A DNA stretch of 63,471 nucleotides, filler included, from Dugesia japonica (GCA_001938525.1; 6 parts of 6 records of this genome joined end to end with filler, not necessarily neighbours in it); one strand, 5' to 3'. Shown: positions 26,871 to 38,910, counted from the first letter of the whole stretch. Program-made: numbers and translations. The notes: generated by a model from the sequence alone, not told the origin.

Positions 26871-29800
26871 TAATACAAGGAGCTTATTGCGATATCTGAG
26901 TCAAGTGGGGGGAAGCGACAGGCAGATAGTTGAACAAATTCGTGCAATATGTGATGACATGAGAAAGCTAAAGGGAAGGAAGACATCTTATTTTGATGTA
27001 TTTAAACCATGGAAACGACAAGATAGTAGTAGTGATGATAGCGATGATGATTCTTATGGCAAACGACAAAGACGACGTGTGGTACCGAGTTACGGATCTA
27101 GAAAGCACCAGAAAGTATTCCAAGTGAATTATCAGAATCAACGATCAGATGAGAATATCGCGAAAGATAATATTTATGAGCAAGAGGGTAGAAGTGAAAT
27201 TGATTGCTATGGTTACCCACAAATGGGAGTACAAAAGTGTGAGAATAACAAACAATCTAGTAAATATCAAAGTGACGACGAAAGACAATCTAGAAAAGGA
27301 GAGAAATTAAACGGATATCGGAGTGAAGAGGAACGACAGTACAGATCCGGGAATAGGAAAGTACGGAGGAACGGCAAAGCATGGAAACAGGTATGACAAT
27401 CAAGTTGTGGAGCAGGGAATCGAGAATTAATTTACTACCCAAATGATGAATTGCAACGAATACGCAGACAACACAACTAAATTTTGCGGAATAACGGATA
27501 ACGAAATTATTGGAACCGCGCCACCCGAGGATACAAATTTTAGTATAATATCGGATAGTGAAGAGATAAAAGACAAGGATACCCGAAGCCTTGCGCCAAT
27601 GACAATGCCAGGTGGTAGAGTGATACTAAAAAAGTTGATAATTAACGGTAGAAAAATAGATTGTATGATCGATACCGGAGCGTGGAGATCAATAATCGAT
27701 GAACGAGTGTTTTATGAGGTAGATAAAGCTAGGATGCGTAAAGAAGGACTCCAAATGCTAACGGTAACCGGACAAGCCGTAAATACAGGGGGGAAGTGGA
27801 TTGTAGAATGCAATGTGAAAATGTGCAATTTATGCATCCTATGCAAGTAATGCAGAATTTAGTTTTTGATTGTATTATGGGGTTGGATATGATAGGAAGA
27901 CTATTTCCTGGAGGAAAATTGGATCTGAATTTGTGTCAACAACCAAATGGAAGTAAATTAACAAGGACTCAGACAAAATGTGTACATTGCGATAAACGAG
28001 GTCATCTATCAAGCCAATGTTGGAAAGTTGGAAATAACCCAACCTGGTGTATAAATTGTCAACGACCAAACCATACAACTAAAGAGTGTAGCAGAAAAGG
28101 CAAACATTGTGTAACTTGTGGTAAAAAGGGGCATTCCAAAATTGTATGTGAGAAATTGAATCGATGTTATGTGTGTGGTTTAATGGGGCATTTATCAAGA
28201 GATTGTTGGAGACGAGTTGAACTCAAACCAGAAATTGGAAATACAGTTAAAATTTCTCGAACAAAGAGGAAGGATTATGTGTGTTATAACTATTTGGAGG
28301 CTGGGAATCGAATACTAATAGATCTAAAAATTGATGGGAGGATATTATCAGCGTTGTTCGATACCGGAGCCACAATATCAGTATTAAATTATAATCTAAT
28401 ATCACCGACCAAGTGGGTATATATTACACAGAATAAATCAGAAATATTTTTAGCGGATGGATGGCAACGAGAAGTGTATGGCAAATTGCGATGTGAAGTT
28501 GAATATCAGGGAAGAACAGTATCGCATGAAATGACAGTAATGAACATGAGTGAGGATTGTATATTGGGAACGGATTTAATTCCCGTATTGATGAGAAATG
28601 TAGTTCTGGATATGACAACATTGAAAATATAAAATTCTAGGGAGAATTTATATGTGGAAGATAACGAAGTATATACAAACAAAAGGTTGGTGATACCAAG
28701 GAGAAGTCAAGTATTTTGTATTGCAAAAACGAGAGCAAACTGTAAAGAGGATATGATTTTTGAACCGCACGAAGGGTTCTCGAAGCGATATAAATTGCCA
28801 GCAGCGAGAGAAATAGTAAACGTGTCTGACGAAGGAAAAGTGCCAGTCAACGTACTGAATATGATAGAAGAAGATATTACTATTTATCCAAATTCCAAAA
28901 TCGGAGTATTAACCCCACTGGAAGACGAAGAGGCGGAAATGAATAATGTGTTAAATAATGATTATGAGAAATTAAAAGGAGATTGGTGAAGCGAATGTAA
29001 ATCGAGTTACCAACAAACGCAGAAGAAGTAGATCGGACGTTTAAAGTGGAATCAACCATTCTATCAGCAGCAGAAAAGGCTAAATTATTACAACTATTGG
29101 ATGAATTCAGAGATATTTTTGCGTGGACAGACAATGAATTAGGTGCGTGCGCGGTGACCAAGCACTCAATAGTGGGTAAAAAGGATGGTTCGATAAGAAT
29201 GTGCGTGGATTACAGATAAGTGAATTTGATGACAGAAAAAGTCTCTTTTCCAATGCTAGACATTCAGTTCTTATTAGATGGTTTATCTGGCTCAAAATTA
29301 TTTTCATCGATTGATCTCNGTCAAGCTTATTATCAAGTAGAGTTAAGTGAAAAGTCAAGGGATTTCTCAGCTTTTAGTACAAAGGAAGGTCAATTCAGAT
29401 TTAACCGAATGTCTTTTGGATTAGCTACAATACCTTCACTTTTCAAAAGTTAATTCACGAGTTATTGTATATCTGGACGATATTCTGGTGTACTGAAAAA
29501 CTTTGAAGGATCACGAAAAAATGTTAGAGACAGTCTTTTACAGGATCAGAAATTCCGTATTAAGAATAATCCCGGAGAAATGTAAGTTTTATCAGAAAGA
29601 AGTGTTATTCTTGGGACATACAGTTAGTGCAACTGGTATACATACTAATGAAGTTAAGATTCAGGAGAATAAGAATGCTATAGTTCCAGAATGTTCTTCA
29701 AAACTCAATTCGTTTCTCGGACTCACAAACTGCTACAAGTTTCCATAAAATATTATGCAAAGATAGCAGCTCCTGTATATGAAGCAACTTCAGGTTGCAA

Positions 29801-30270
29801 CAAACCGTTAGTTTGGACAGAAGCATACCAGAACAGTTTCAAAGCATTATGTAGTGCTCCAGTATTAGAATATCTTAGGAAAGATATGATGTTCATTTTA
29901 GAAACTGAAGCTAGTTTTGGGGCTATCAGTGCAGTCCTTAATCAATTCAAAGAGGAAAAGGAAGTGGTAATTGCATATAGATCCAGACATTTGACTGCTC
30001 ATGAAAAAGGATATTGTGACAAGGAAAGAACTATTAGCTATACACGTAGTTGCACAACAATTCTGATAATATATGTAAGGAAAGAGATTTCTAGTAAAAG
30101 CAGATCACAAAGCGATGGTATTTCTAAACAACACAAAGAAACAAATCATTCCATAAATTTCAGATGTGGATGGTGAATTTGAGAGAGTATGATTTTGGCG
30201 AAGAACACAACAATGTCAATGGGTTGTCGAGGCTAAAGGAAAGTTTATGTTCACAATGTAGTATGAAAGG
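26692..30270 (+). mobile_element. pol: Degenerate Gypsy-type polyprotein: TM/linker, aspartic protease 1, four CCHC knuckles, aspartic protease 2, RT, RNase H
   Basis: MIDTGA (~27665), CVHCDKRGHLSSQC/CINCQRPNHTTKEC/CVTCGKKGHSKIVC/CYVCGLMGHLSRDC, LFDTGA (~28355)...ILGTD, KKDGSIRMCVDY, YLDDILV, ETEASFGAISAVL, NGLSR; several frameshifts. Confidence 0.88.
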
Positions 30271-30662
30271 TATCTGGAAATTTGACATAAAATGTTTTGA
30301 TATAAAATTATTTTGACAATTTATTTGATATAAAAAAGTTACTGTCAAATCTAAACATGTGAACATTTGGATTTTTATTGAATTTATCTGATAAACAACT
30401 GTCAAATTGCAAATTTAGTTCGCTCTTATTTTGAATTTAAAAGAAATCACGAAAGTTCTAGTTTATTTGCAACAGATAGGCAAAGAGCTAAGGGATGAAG
30501 AAAACACTATTAAATAATTAATTTTTTTATTTAAAATAAATTTTATGTCTAATAAATAGCTTCTTTAAATAATATAAGTATTTATCAATTAAATTTTGTC
30601 AAAAATATTTTATGTTAAAAAAATTTTATGTCAAAAAGTTTTACGTCAAATATCTGTGGATA
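30271..30662. mobile_element. MITE-like non-autonomous element with imperfect long TIRs
   Basis: tatc..gaaatttgacataaaa..ttttga.ataaaa..ttttgacaa at the left is mirrored by ttgtcaaaa..tttatgtcaaaaa..ttttacgtcaaatatc..gata at the right; both flanking retroelement ORFs stop at its edges. Confidence 0.55.
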
Positions 30663-32300
30663 TTTGTTACAACAGTCCACTGATAGTTTATGTGCTGTTA
30701 GGAAGTCTGCCCTAATAATTGCCTGTTGGACTTCAGTAATTTTGAACGTCCACTTGTAAACTTTATTATTGATGTTGATTTTTATTTGTTTATCACCGTA
30801 TGTATTCATTGTCAAGCTGCAATTAGTTTTTTATTTGTTCTGGGGCTGTTTTTGTAGAGGTAATGGGGTAGTAATGATATAATTGACCCAGTGTCAATCG
30901 AAAAATTTGTGTTATTTGTGTGCACCATAAAAGTATGATTATTGTCACCAAATGTGGGTGCTATCATTGGTGACATTTTCAGTTTCCCTGATTTGGATTT
31001 TATGTGCATCGGTTGATGCACTTGTAGGTTTTCTCAGCGAATTTGTTATGAGAATAACACAAGTTTGTGTTTTTATTTTCGTATTTGTTGACAGATTGTG
31101 TGTGGTCCCGATTTCTTGAATGGTATCGATTTTGTGAGAAAGCACTAGAATGTGTCCTACTATTATAGTTTCTAGGATGGCTGTCACTACGTTCTCTTGT
31201 TCGACAATTACTTATTTCATTTAATTCTTCCCTGATCTTTTTGTTTTCTTTATATAAATCGTCTATTTTTGACATCAAGGATTTTATTTGCATCTCCATG
31301 CCATTGCTATTTAGATAACTTTGATCTTCAGTTCCATTCCTTTGATAATTATTTTGTTTTCTTGTGCCGAAGATTATTGGGACTATTTCCTCAGTAGATG
31401 GATAGTAGCGCACGTAGCCATCACACATTCAGTAGACCCCCCCGCCGATTAGTGATGTAATTAGTGCGATTATCTGAAATTTGATAGTTAATCTATGATG
31501 TAATTACATNNNNNNNNNNNNNNNNNATCAATTAAATTTATTATGCAATTTTTAATTGGAATTATTTTTTACAATAATTTTAATCCATCAATTAAATTTA
31601 TGATGCAATTTTTAATTGGTAATATTTTTTACAATGATTTTNNNNNNNNNNNNNNNNNNNNNNNNNNNNNNNNNNNNNNNNNNNNNNNNNNACTGATAGT
31701 TTATGTGCTGTTAGGAAGTCTGCCCTAATAATTGCCTGTTGGACTTCAGTAATTTTGAACGTCCAATTGTAAACTTTATTATTGATGTTGATTTTTATTT
31801 TTTTATCACCGTATGTATTTATTGTCAAGCTGCAATTAGTTTTCGAGAATTTCTTATTTCATTTAATTCTTCCCTGATCTTTTTGTTTTCTTTTAATAAA
31901 TCGTCTATTTTTGACATCAAGGATTTTATTTGCATCTCCATGCCATTGCTATTTAGATAACTTTGATCTTCAGTTCCGTTCCTTTGATAATTATTTTGTT
32001 TTCTTGTGCCGAAGATTATTGGGACTATTTCCTCGTTTATCTTGTTAGCAATTTCTGCCAGCGTTTCTAAATTTTATATGTTGCGGCCTGCGAAGATTCT
32101 TCTTATTTCAGGGGGCATCACTCGCATGAAAAACTCTTTTAATAACTCAATTGAGCCAGAGTTCGTAATATTTGGTTGGATATATTTCAGATTTTGTTTT
32201 AATTGTAGAAAATCGCTTGGTTTGCTATTTCCAACTTGAGTATTTTTAAGGCTAGCTTCTAGCATTTGCCGTCTATTAATTTTNTTTTTGTTGATTAAAA
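30663..32300 (-). mobile_element. gag: Gypsy (CsRn1/Kabuki-like) gag-protease remnants, two partial copies
   Basis: GNSKPSDFL, LLKEFFMRVMPPEIR, CYSHNKFAEKTYKCINRC (CHCC-type knuckle), IDTGSIISLLP, TYG...WTF...AIIRADFL. Confidence 0.75.
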
Positions 32301-32319
32301 TGTTGTATAATTTTTCCTT

Positions 32320-33721
32320 TTGGATGAGTGTACGTTACCTGGGAATGAAAATCTTTTTTTGGCGTATGTAAGATTTTTTAATGAAGACCACAAACTTCAA
32401 GAGAAAATAAATAAGAAAACTTACTGCAGAAAACTTATTTACTGTTTGTGATGGCGAATCAATTTTTGCCACTGAAAACTTTTCTTGACATGAAACATTC
32501 CTTTTAGCAACATTTTTGTCTGTGCAACTAATGGTGCATCTGTGGTAGTTGATCGCTATTGAAGACAAGAAATGAAATTTAAAAACTACGGCTTCTGGCA
32601 TTTTTACTTTTCATTGTGTAGCACTCAGACAACACTTTATAGCTAAGTAGCAAAGTGTTAATCTGCAGTTTTCGTTGGAAATTGTCATCAATGCTACAAA
32701 TAAGATCAAAAGTAATTCTATGAATGATAACCTCTTTCGTCAATTGTGAAAAATAATTATGAACAACGTAATCGACTTGTTCTTCTTCTTCGACTTGTTC
32801 GTTGGTTGTCAAAAGGCAACTACTTGGCAAGATTTACAGAATTATTTGACTCATTAACTCAATTGGTGAAATTACCCTATACAAGAAAGCTGCAAAAAAT
32901 CCGTTCAACCTCACAGTAATATTCCAAACATTCAATGATATCAATTTCACCTTTCAAGGACAGCTTGAGACGTTAATCCATTACCAAGGAAGGTAATTGT
33001 CACCTTTATTCAGAGGTTGGAATTGTACTGACAGATTGTCCTTCGGCTAGAGTTTGATTAATTTCCAATACTGAAATCAGTGAGTGAAGAAGTCCATAGT
33101 AATGACAAAGAAATTTGGTAAGCATCTGAAATCCTTGGAAACTGACATGTTAGTGCGCTTTTGGTAATTGGTTAAGTGGCAAGTACTTGCATGGATGGTT
33201 GACCCATTAAAAACAACTGTTCTTTATTCTAAAATGCAGATTCAAGAAAAAAATATTGGAATTGCAAAATGATGAGGTTGCACATGTCTTTTACAACAAA
33301 TGTAGATATATCAAAATTTGGCAGCGCAAAAAATGTTTACTCTTTATCCAAACTTACGGTAGAAATGAAATAGCTCATATTGGCATTTCCTACATTTTAT
33401 CTCGTCGAGTGTGGATTCAGTGCAGTAACTAATCTCCTCAAAGATTAAAAAAATAATCTGAATATTACTAAGAGGCATGATTTGAGACTGATTTTCATCC
33501 ACCAGAAACCAGACATTAAGTTCTTGACATCCAAACACCGAGCAAATAGTGTCATTGACTCTGAAATCTCTAACACTGTTATATCAGTCAAATAGCATTG
33601 TCTTTGTAGTAAACAGTATTTGAATTTTAATTAGTTTAGTTAATTTCAGGTGGGCAGTAGACTTATTTATAGATAAAATATAACAAGTGGGCGTTAGGCT
33701 AAAAAAGATTGATGGCCACTG
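32320..33721 (+). mobile_element. Degenerate hAT (Buster/ZBED5-SCAND3-like) transposon, transposase C-terminal two-thirds and 3' end
   Basis: DECTLPGNENLFLAYVRF, CATNGASVV, HCVALRQH, FPTFYLVECGFSAVTNL; ends ...gatggccactg followed by tactagac (nnnTAnnn-like TSD). Confidence 0.8.
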
Positions 33722-33821
33722 TACTAGACGAATGAAAGGAGAGAAGGATATTGACGGAAACAATGAAAGTGCAAAGGAAAATTTTAATATTTAATTAAGC
33801 TCGAATATAGAAAGCCAACCT

Positions 33822-33950
33822 TATTATTATTAATATTATTGATTATTATTATTATTGATTATTATTAATATTATTGATTATTATTAATAATATTATTGAT
33901 TATTAATATTATTATTAATATTATTGATTATTATTAATATTATTGATTAT
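33822..33950. repeat. (TTA/TTATTGA)n low-complexity repeat
   Basis: Direct inspection. Confidence 0.9.
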
Positions 33951-34084
33951 NNNNNNNNNNNNNNNNNNNNNNNNNNNNNNNNNNNNNNNNNNNNTTAATT
34001 AATTAANNNNNNNNNNNNNNNNNNNNNNNNNNNNNNNNNNNNNNNNNNNNTGTGCCAGTACGCTACTATCTATCTACTGATAGC

Positions 34085-34495
34085 AAGGCTGATCTTTGCA
34101 AATCCTTTATGTGAAGAGCGTTAGGGAAAGAAAAGTCAACAAACAACCTCATGCAAAAATAAGTTCTCTACAAGTAAAGATTAAAAACGTAATGATGTCC
34201 AGGAATAAAGAAGGTCTTATTAAAGCGTGCTCAAGATTTCGAGGCCAAGTTGAATCTATCATTGCAGTAAGTGGAGACATTTTTGAAAAATCTAAAAGAA
34301 AATAACTGCCTTCGTATATTTATAGGCAATAATTTATATTAAATGAATTCTATAAAACGATCAATGGTTAAGTCCAACAATTATTCTCGTAATAATTGCA
34401 ATTGTAAAACAATAATTTATATGTTTTGAATAGGTAACAATTCTGCACTGTCTTGTTTCATTTATTAAAATTTCACCAATTTATCGCGCCCACCC
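34085..34495 (+). mobile_element. Tc1/mariner-superfamily (maT/DD37D-like) transposase C-terminus and right end
   Basis: VNKQPHAKISSL...IKACSRFRGQVESIIAVSGDIFE; terminal ccaatttatcgcgcccaccc. Confidence 0.7.
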
Positions 34496-34541
34496 ATCAT
34501 ATATAAGTAATGGGTAAAAGACGAATATAATTCAAGGGGGT

Positions 34542-34915
34542 ATGCTAGGTGTCTTATGTTGAATGTCCGATCTAAAATGTAAATGTAAAATTTAAATGTC
34601 CGATCTAAAATGTAAATGTAAAATTTAAATGTCCAATCTAAAATGTAAATGTAAAATTTAAATGTCCGATCTAAAATGTAAATGTAAAATTTAAATGTCC
34701 GATCTAAATGGAAATGTAAAATTTAAATATCCGATCTAAATGTAAATATAAAATTTAAATGTCCCACCTAAAATGCTAGGTGTTTTATGTTGAATGTCCG
34801 ACCTAAAATGAAAAATTTAAATGTCCAATCTAAAATGAAAATGTAGAATTTAAATGTCCTACCTAAAATGTTTTACCTAAAATGTCCTACCTAAAATGTC
34901 CGACCTAAAATGTTA
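34542..34915. repeat. 33-bp tandem array upstream of PolB (Polinton subterminal repeat)
   Basis: Unit gtccgatctaaaatgtaaatgtaaaatttaaat repeated about 6 times, decaying into shorter cctaaaatg units. Confidence 0.9.
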
Positions 34916-35039
34916 GATGTAAAATAGACTACTCTTAAATTTTACATTCGACATTTAAGAGAAATAATAAAAAATATAATGTAAAATAAAAAATCGACCT
35001 ACTTTTAGTATGTCTATGATTAAATTAATTCTTTAGAAA

Positions 35040-38000
35040 ATGAATAGCTTAATAATAATATGTGAAAACTGTAGAAAGGTGTTTAAAAATCTGGCGGGTA
35101 AAACGGGACACGTTAGATCTAGAATTTGTTATAGAAGTGAAATAACATTTCGATGTGAAAGATGTAATCGAAGATTTAGAAATGAATATGGTTTACAAGA
35201 AAATTTAAATTCAACACGTTGTGGTAACTTAAATAATGTACCATTAAAATGTGAGATTTGTAATAAAACATTTACAAGACAAAATCTTGCCAGAGCACAT
35301 TTCAATTCTGAAAAACATAAACAAATGGTTAATAGAGCTTTATTTGAAGAATTACCAGGTGAAGAAGCAATTGATTATGATCCAGAAATTAGAGATCTTT
35401 TAAGACAATACAAAGATTATGAAATTGAATATTTTAAAGAAAGTAAAGTTTCAATGAGAAAAAATGTTAGTCAATTATACACAAATCCAATTAGAGATAT
35501 TAACATGTTTCAAAATGAAGTTAAAGGAATTATTACTAAATATTTTAAATATGGAAAAAAGATTATAATAAGTATAGAAGTAAAATGTAGATATACAAAA
35601 GAAATAAATAATGAAAATAATGAAAGAGATTTTATTTCTTATTCAAACAATAAAAGATTTACAATTCTAACTAAAATTGAAAATCGTGTTAATGAAATAT
35701 TTAATGAACTACAAAAATATATTGAAGATGAAGATCGTGAAGGCTCAGAATGGTCAATGTCACATATTGTAGATTACAAAATAGATTTAAGTAAATACCA
35801 ATTATTAATTGGTGCAACATATTGCAAATTACCATTTCAAAAACCAGGTGTAATCAACATAAAAAATAAAGATGATAAATGTTATCTTTATTCAATCTTA
35901 GCACATAAATATATAGTTGATAATCCAACACGTGTAGAAAAATATATTCCATATTTAACAGAATTAAAATATAATGGTTTTAAATTTCCTATGAATATTG
36001 ATGATATAAAAAACTTTGAGAAATTAAATACTTTAGAAATAAATGTGTTTGGTGTAAATGCTAATAAAAAACTTGAACCATTACATGTTTCACATCACAC
36101 AATAAATCCACAACCCGAAGAAAATAAATGTAATTTGTTAGTGTATAATGAGCATTTTATTTTATGTAGAGATCTAACTGTATTTTTTACATCACCAAAT
36201 AGAAACACAAATTATCCATGCATACGATGTATGAATTGTTATTACAGTGAAGAATTATTAATTAAACATCAAGAATGTTGTATTAGACCTAAAGCAAATA
36301 ACATCGTATTTCAACATGCCGATTATTATTATTTTTATAAACATTATCAGAAAAACAAAATTCCATTTATACTTCTTGGAGATTTCGAAGCTTACACAAA
36401 TTCAGATAAAAAACAAAAAGCATTATCATTAGGTGTTTATCTCAAAAGTGATTATCAAGATTTATTTCTAAGTTATTATTATGAATTTTCAGGAGAAAAT
36501 ATTTATGATGACTTTTTTTAATTTTTAGAAGAAGTTAATGAAGAATTAGAAGATATTAAAGAAAACAAATTAATAAAAGAAGTTATTGGTGAAGTTCCAG
36601 ATTTTACACCGAACACAAAATGTAGATATTGTGAAAATAAAATATGTGGAACTCCAGTTGAAGATCATAACCATTTCACAGGAGAAATTCGAGGGTGGTC
36701 ATGTAATCATTATAATGTAAATAATAAAAGTATTAAAAATTTATTTATACCATTTTATTTTCATAATGCATCAGGTTATGATAATCATTTATTTTTTAGA
36801 GAGTTATTAACAAACTTTCCATCGAAAATAAAAAGAATAATTCCACATACATCAGACAATTACATTTCATTTCAATATGAAAATATTAAATTTTTAGATT
36901 CAGCAAGATTACTTCCAAACACACCAATAGAATCAATGGGGAAATTATTAACACAATCTAATTATTATCCAATTTTAAATTCATTTAATTTAAGACCAAA
37001 GAAAGCAAGTTTTCCATATAAATATGTAAAAGGTAACAGTATAACAGAAGTTGAACAATTATTAAAATCTAACAGAATTCCAATAAAAGAAGATTTCTTT
37101 AATACATTAAATCAAAAAGAAATATCAGATGAAGATTATCAAATATTTCTAAATGACTTATGTGGAGCATATGAAAACATGTGGGAATACATGATGCATT
37201 ACATGAAACTTGATATTTTAATCCTTGCAGATTTCTTAGAAAACTTTCGTGATTCAATATTATATTGTTTAAGCAATATTATTAAATTAGATCTATGTTA
37301 TTCATATTCAGCACCAGGATATACATGGGAAACTGGAATGTTAAATGCTAATGTAAAATTAAAATATGCGAAAGCCGAAACTTATGATATTTTCTTAAAG
37401 ATTGAAGAAGGAATTAGAGGTGGATATTCTGGTGTGTTAGGTGAAAGACAAGTGTTTAGTCATGAAAATTCACAAGAAAATTTCAATGAGAACATCTCCA
37501 TGGTTTAAAAAACATGTTCACAAATTAATAGCTTTAAGAAAAGAAGCTAAAAGAAACAATAATGTTTTTGGAGATTACATTTATAAATTAATGTTAAATG
37601 CATTCTATGGAAAAACTTTAGAAAATATCAGAAATAGATGTAAGATAGAAATTGTAGATAATGACAAAGATTATCAAAAGTTCGCATCTAAAATAAATTT
37701 TAAATCAAGTAAAATCTTCACGACAAATGATAACAATGAAGCTAATGTTGCAGCAATGCATATGGTAAAAGGAAAATTAAAATATAACAAATTTCCATAT
37801 ATAGGTTTCACAATTCTTCAACATGCAAAACAAGTAATGTATAATTTTATATATGAAAAAATGCAACCTTTAATTGGACAAGATAATTATAAAATTCATT
37901 ACAGTGACACGGACTGTATCTTTACAGAAATAAATGGTAGAGATAACTTAACAAAGTTAGAAAGTTTATTAGGAAATGATTTATTTCAGATGAAAGATAA

Positions 38001-38385
38001 AATGCCTAATTCTGAAATAATTCAAGGTAATTTTATAAAAGCAAAATCTTATGAGTATAGTTATCAGGATAAAGGACAGATGAAATTTGATTCAAGAAAT
38101 AAAGGTGTAAAGAAAAATAATAAATTTTTGATGAAAGATTTTGATGAAGTATTAAAAAATCCTAAACAAATAATTTATGGAACTAATTTTTCATTAACAT
38201 CTAATTGTCATGAAATTGAAATTGTAGAGCAAAAGAAAATAGCATTAATGGGATATGATGATAAAAGAATCATAGAAGATAATGGTGTTACAACTTGGCC
38301 ACATGGAAATAAATATTATTGTGAAACATGTGAAGATTGGCATTTAAGATTAGACATGATAAATAAAACATTAAATTGTTTATAA
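35040..38385 (+). pseudogene. polB: Protein-primed PolB with N-terminal zinc fingers and endonuclease VII-like insert; one frameshift plus one internal deletion
   Basis: EGSEWS, NIKNKDDKCY, GDFEAY (ExoI), DHNHFTGEIRG, FHNASGYD (ExoII), FLDS, YMKLDIL (ExoIII), IRGGYS, KLMLNAFYGK (motif B), YSDTDC (motif C), DDKR..TWPHG; frameshift in T-run at ~36520. Confidence 0.95.
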
Positions 38386-38389
38386 TAAA

Positions 38390-38910
38390 AATGACGAACG
38401 AAGTGAGCAATCCAACAAGCGGCAGCAAAGCGAGTACAACGAGTGTAACTGAAGAAGAATTAGAAAAGATAGTAAATTCAAAGAAATGTAAATCTGTAAA
38501 GATTGACGGTAAAAATTATTACATTAGTAAAAAAGTAAAGGATGAACTAAAAAAGAAAGAGCGCAAAGGTGGTTTTGCATTTCTAGCTGTGTTCTCGGTG
38601 TGTTTTCCGGAACAGCCGGAATTGCATCTGGAATTGCAAGTACAGTAGCGAGTTCCAAAAAAGCAATTAAACATAAAAAAGAAATTGAGCAAATGGAAGG
38701 CGATGGTATTTATTTGAATCCGTGGTAAGGTTCTGCACTTCATAAATATTTAAAAATATTGATCCTAAATTTAAAGGTGTAACAAAAAAGTTTAAAAAAG
38801 GAATTCGTATACGTCACAAAAGAAATGGAATATATTTAGCTCCATATCAAAGAGGAAATGGAATAAATGAAAGTGAAGAAGATGAAACAGACGAAGATGA
38901 TGAATATTAA
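38390..38910 (+). pseudogene. pX-like core/membrane-active precursor protein
   Basis: With frameshifts: ERKGGFAFLA..LGVFSGTAGIASGIASTVASSKK...MEGDGIYLNPW...NGIYLAPYQRGNGI. Confidence 0.65.
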
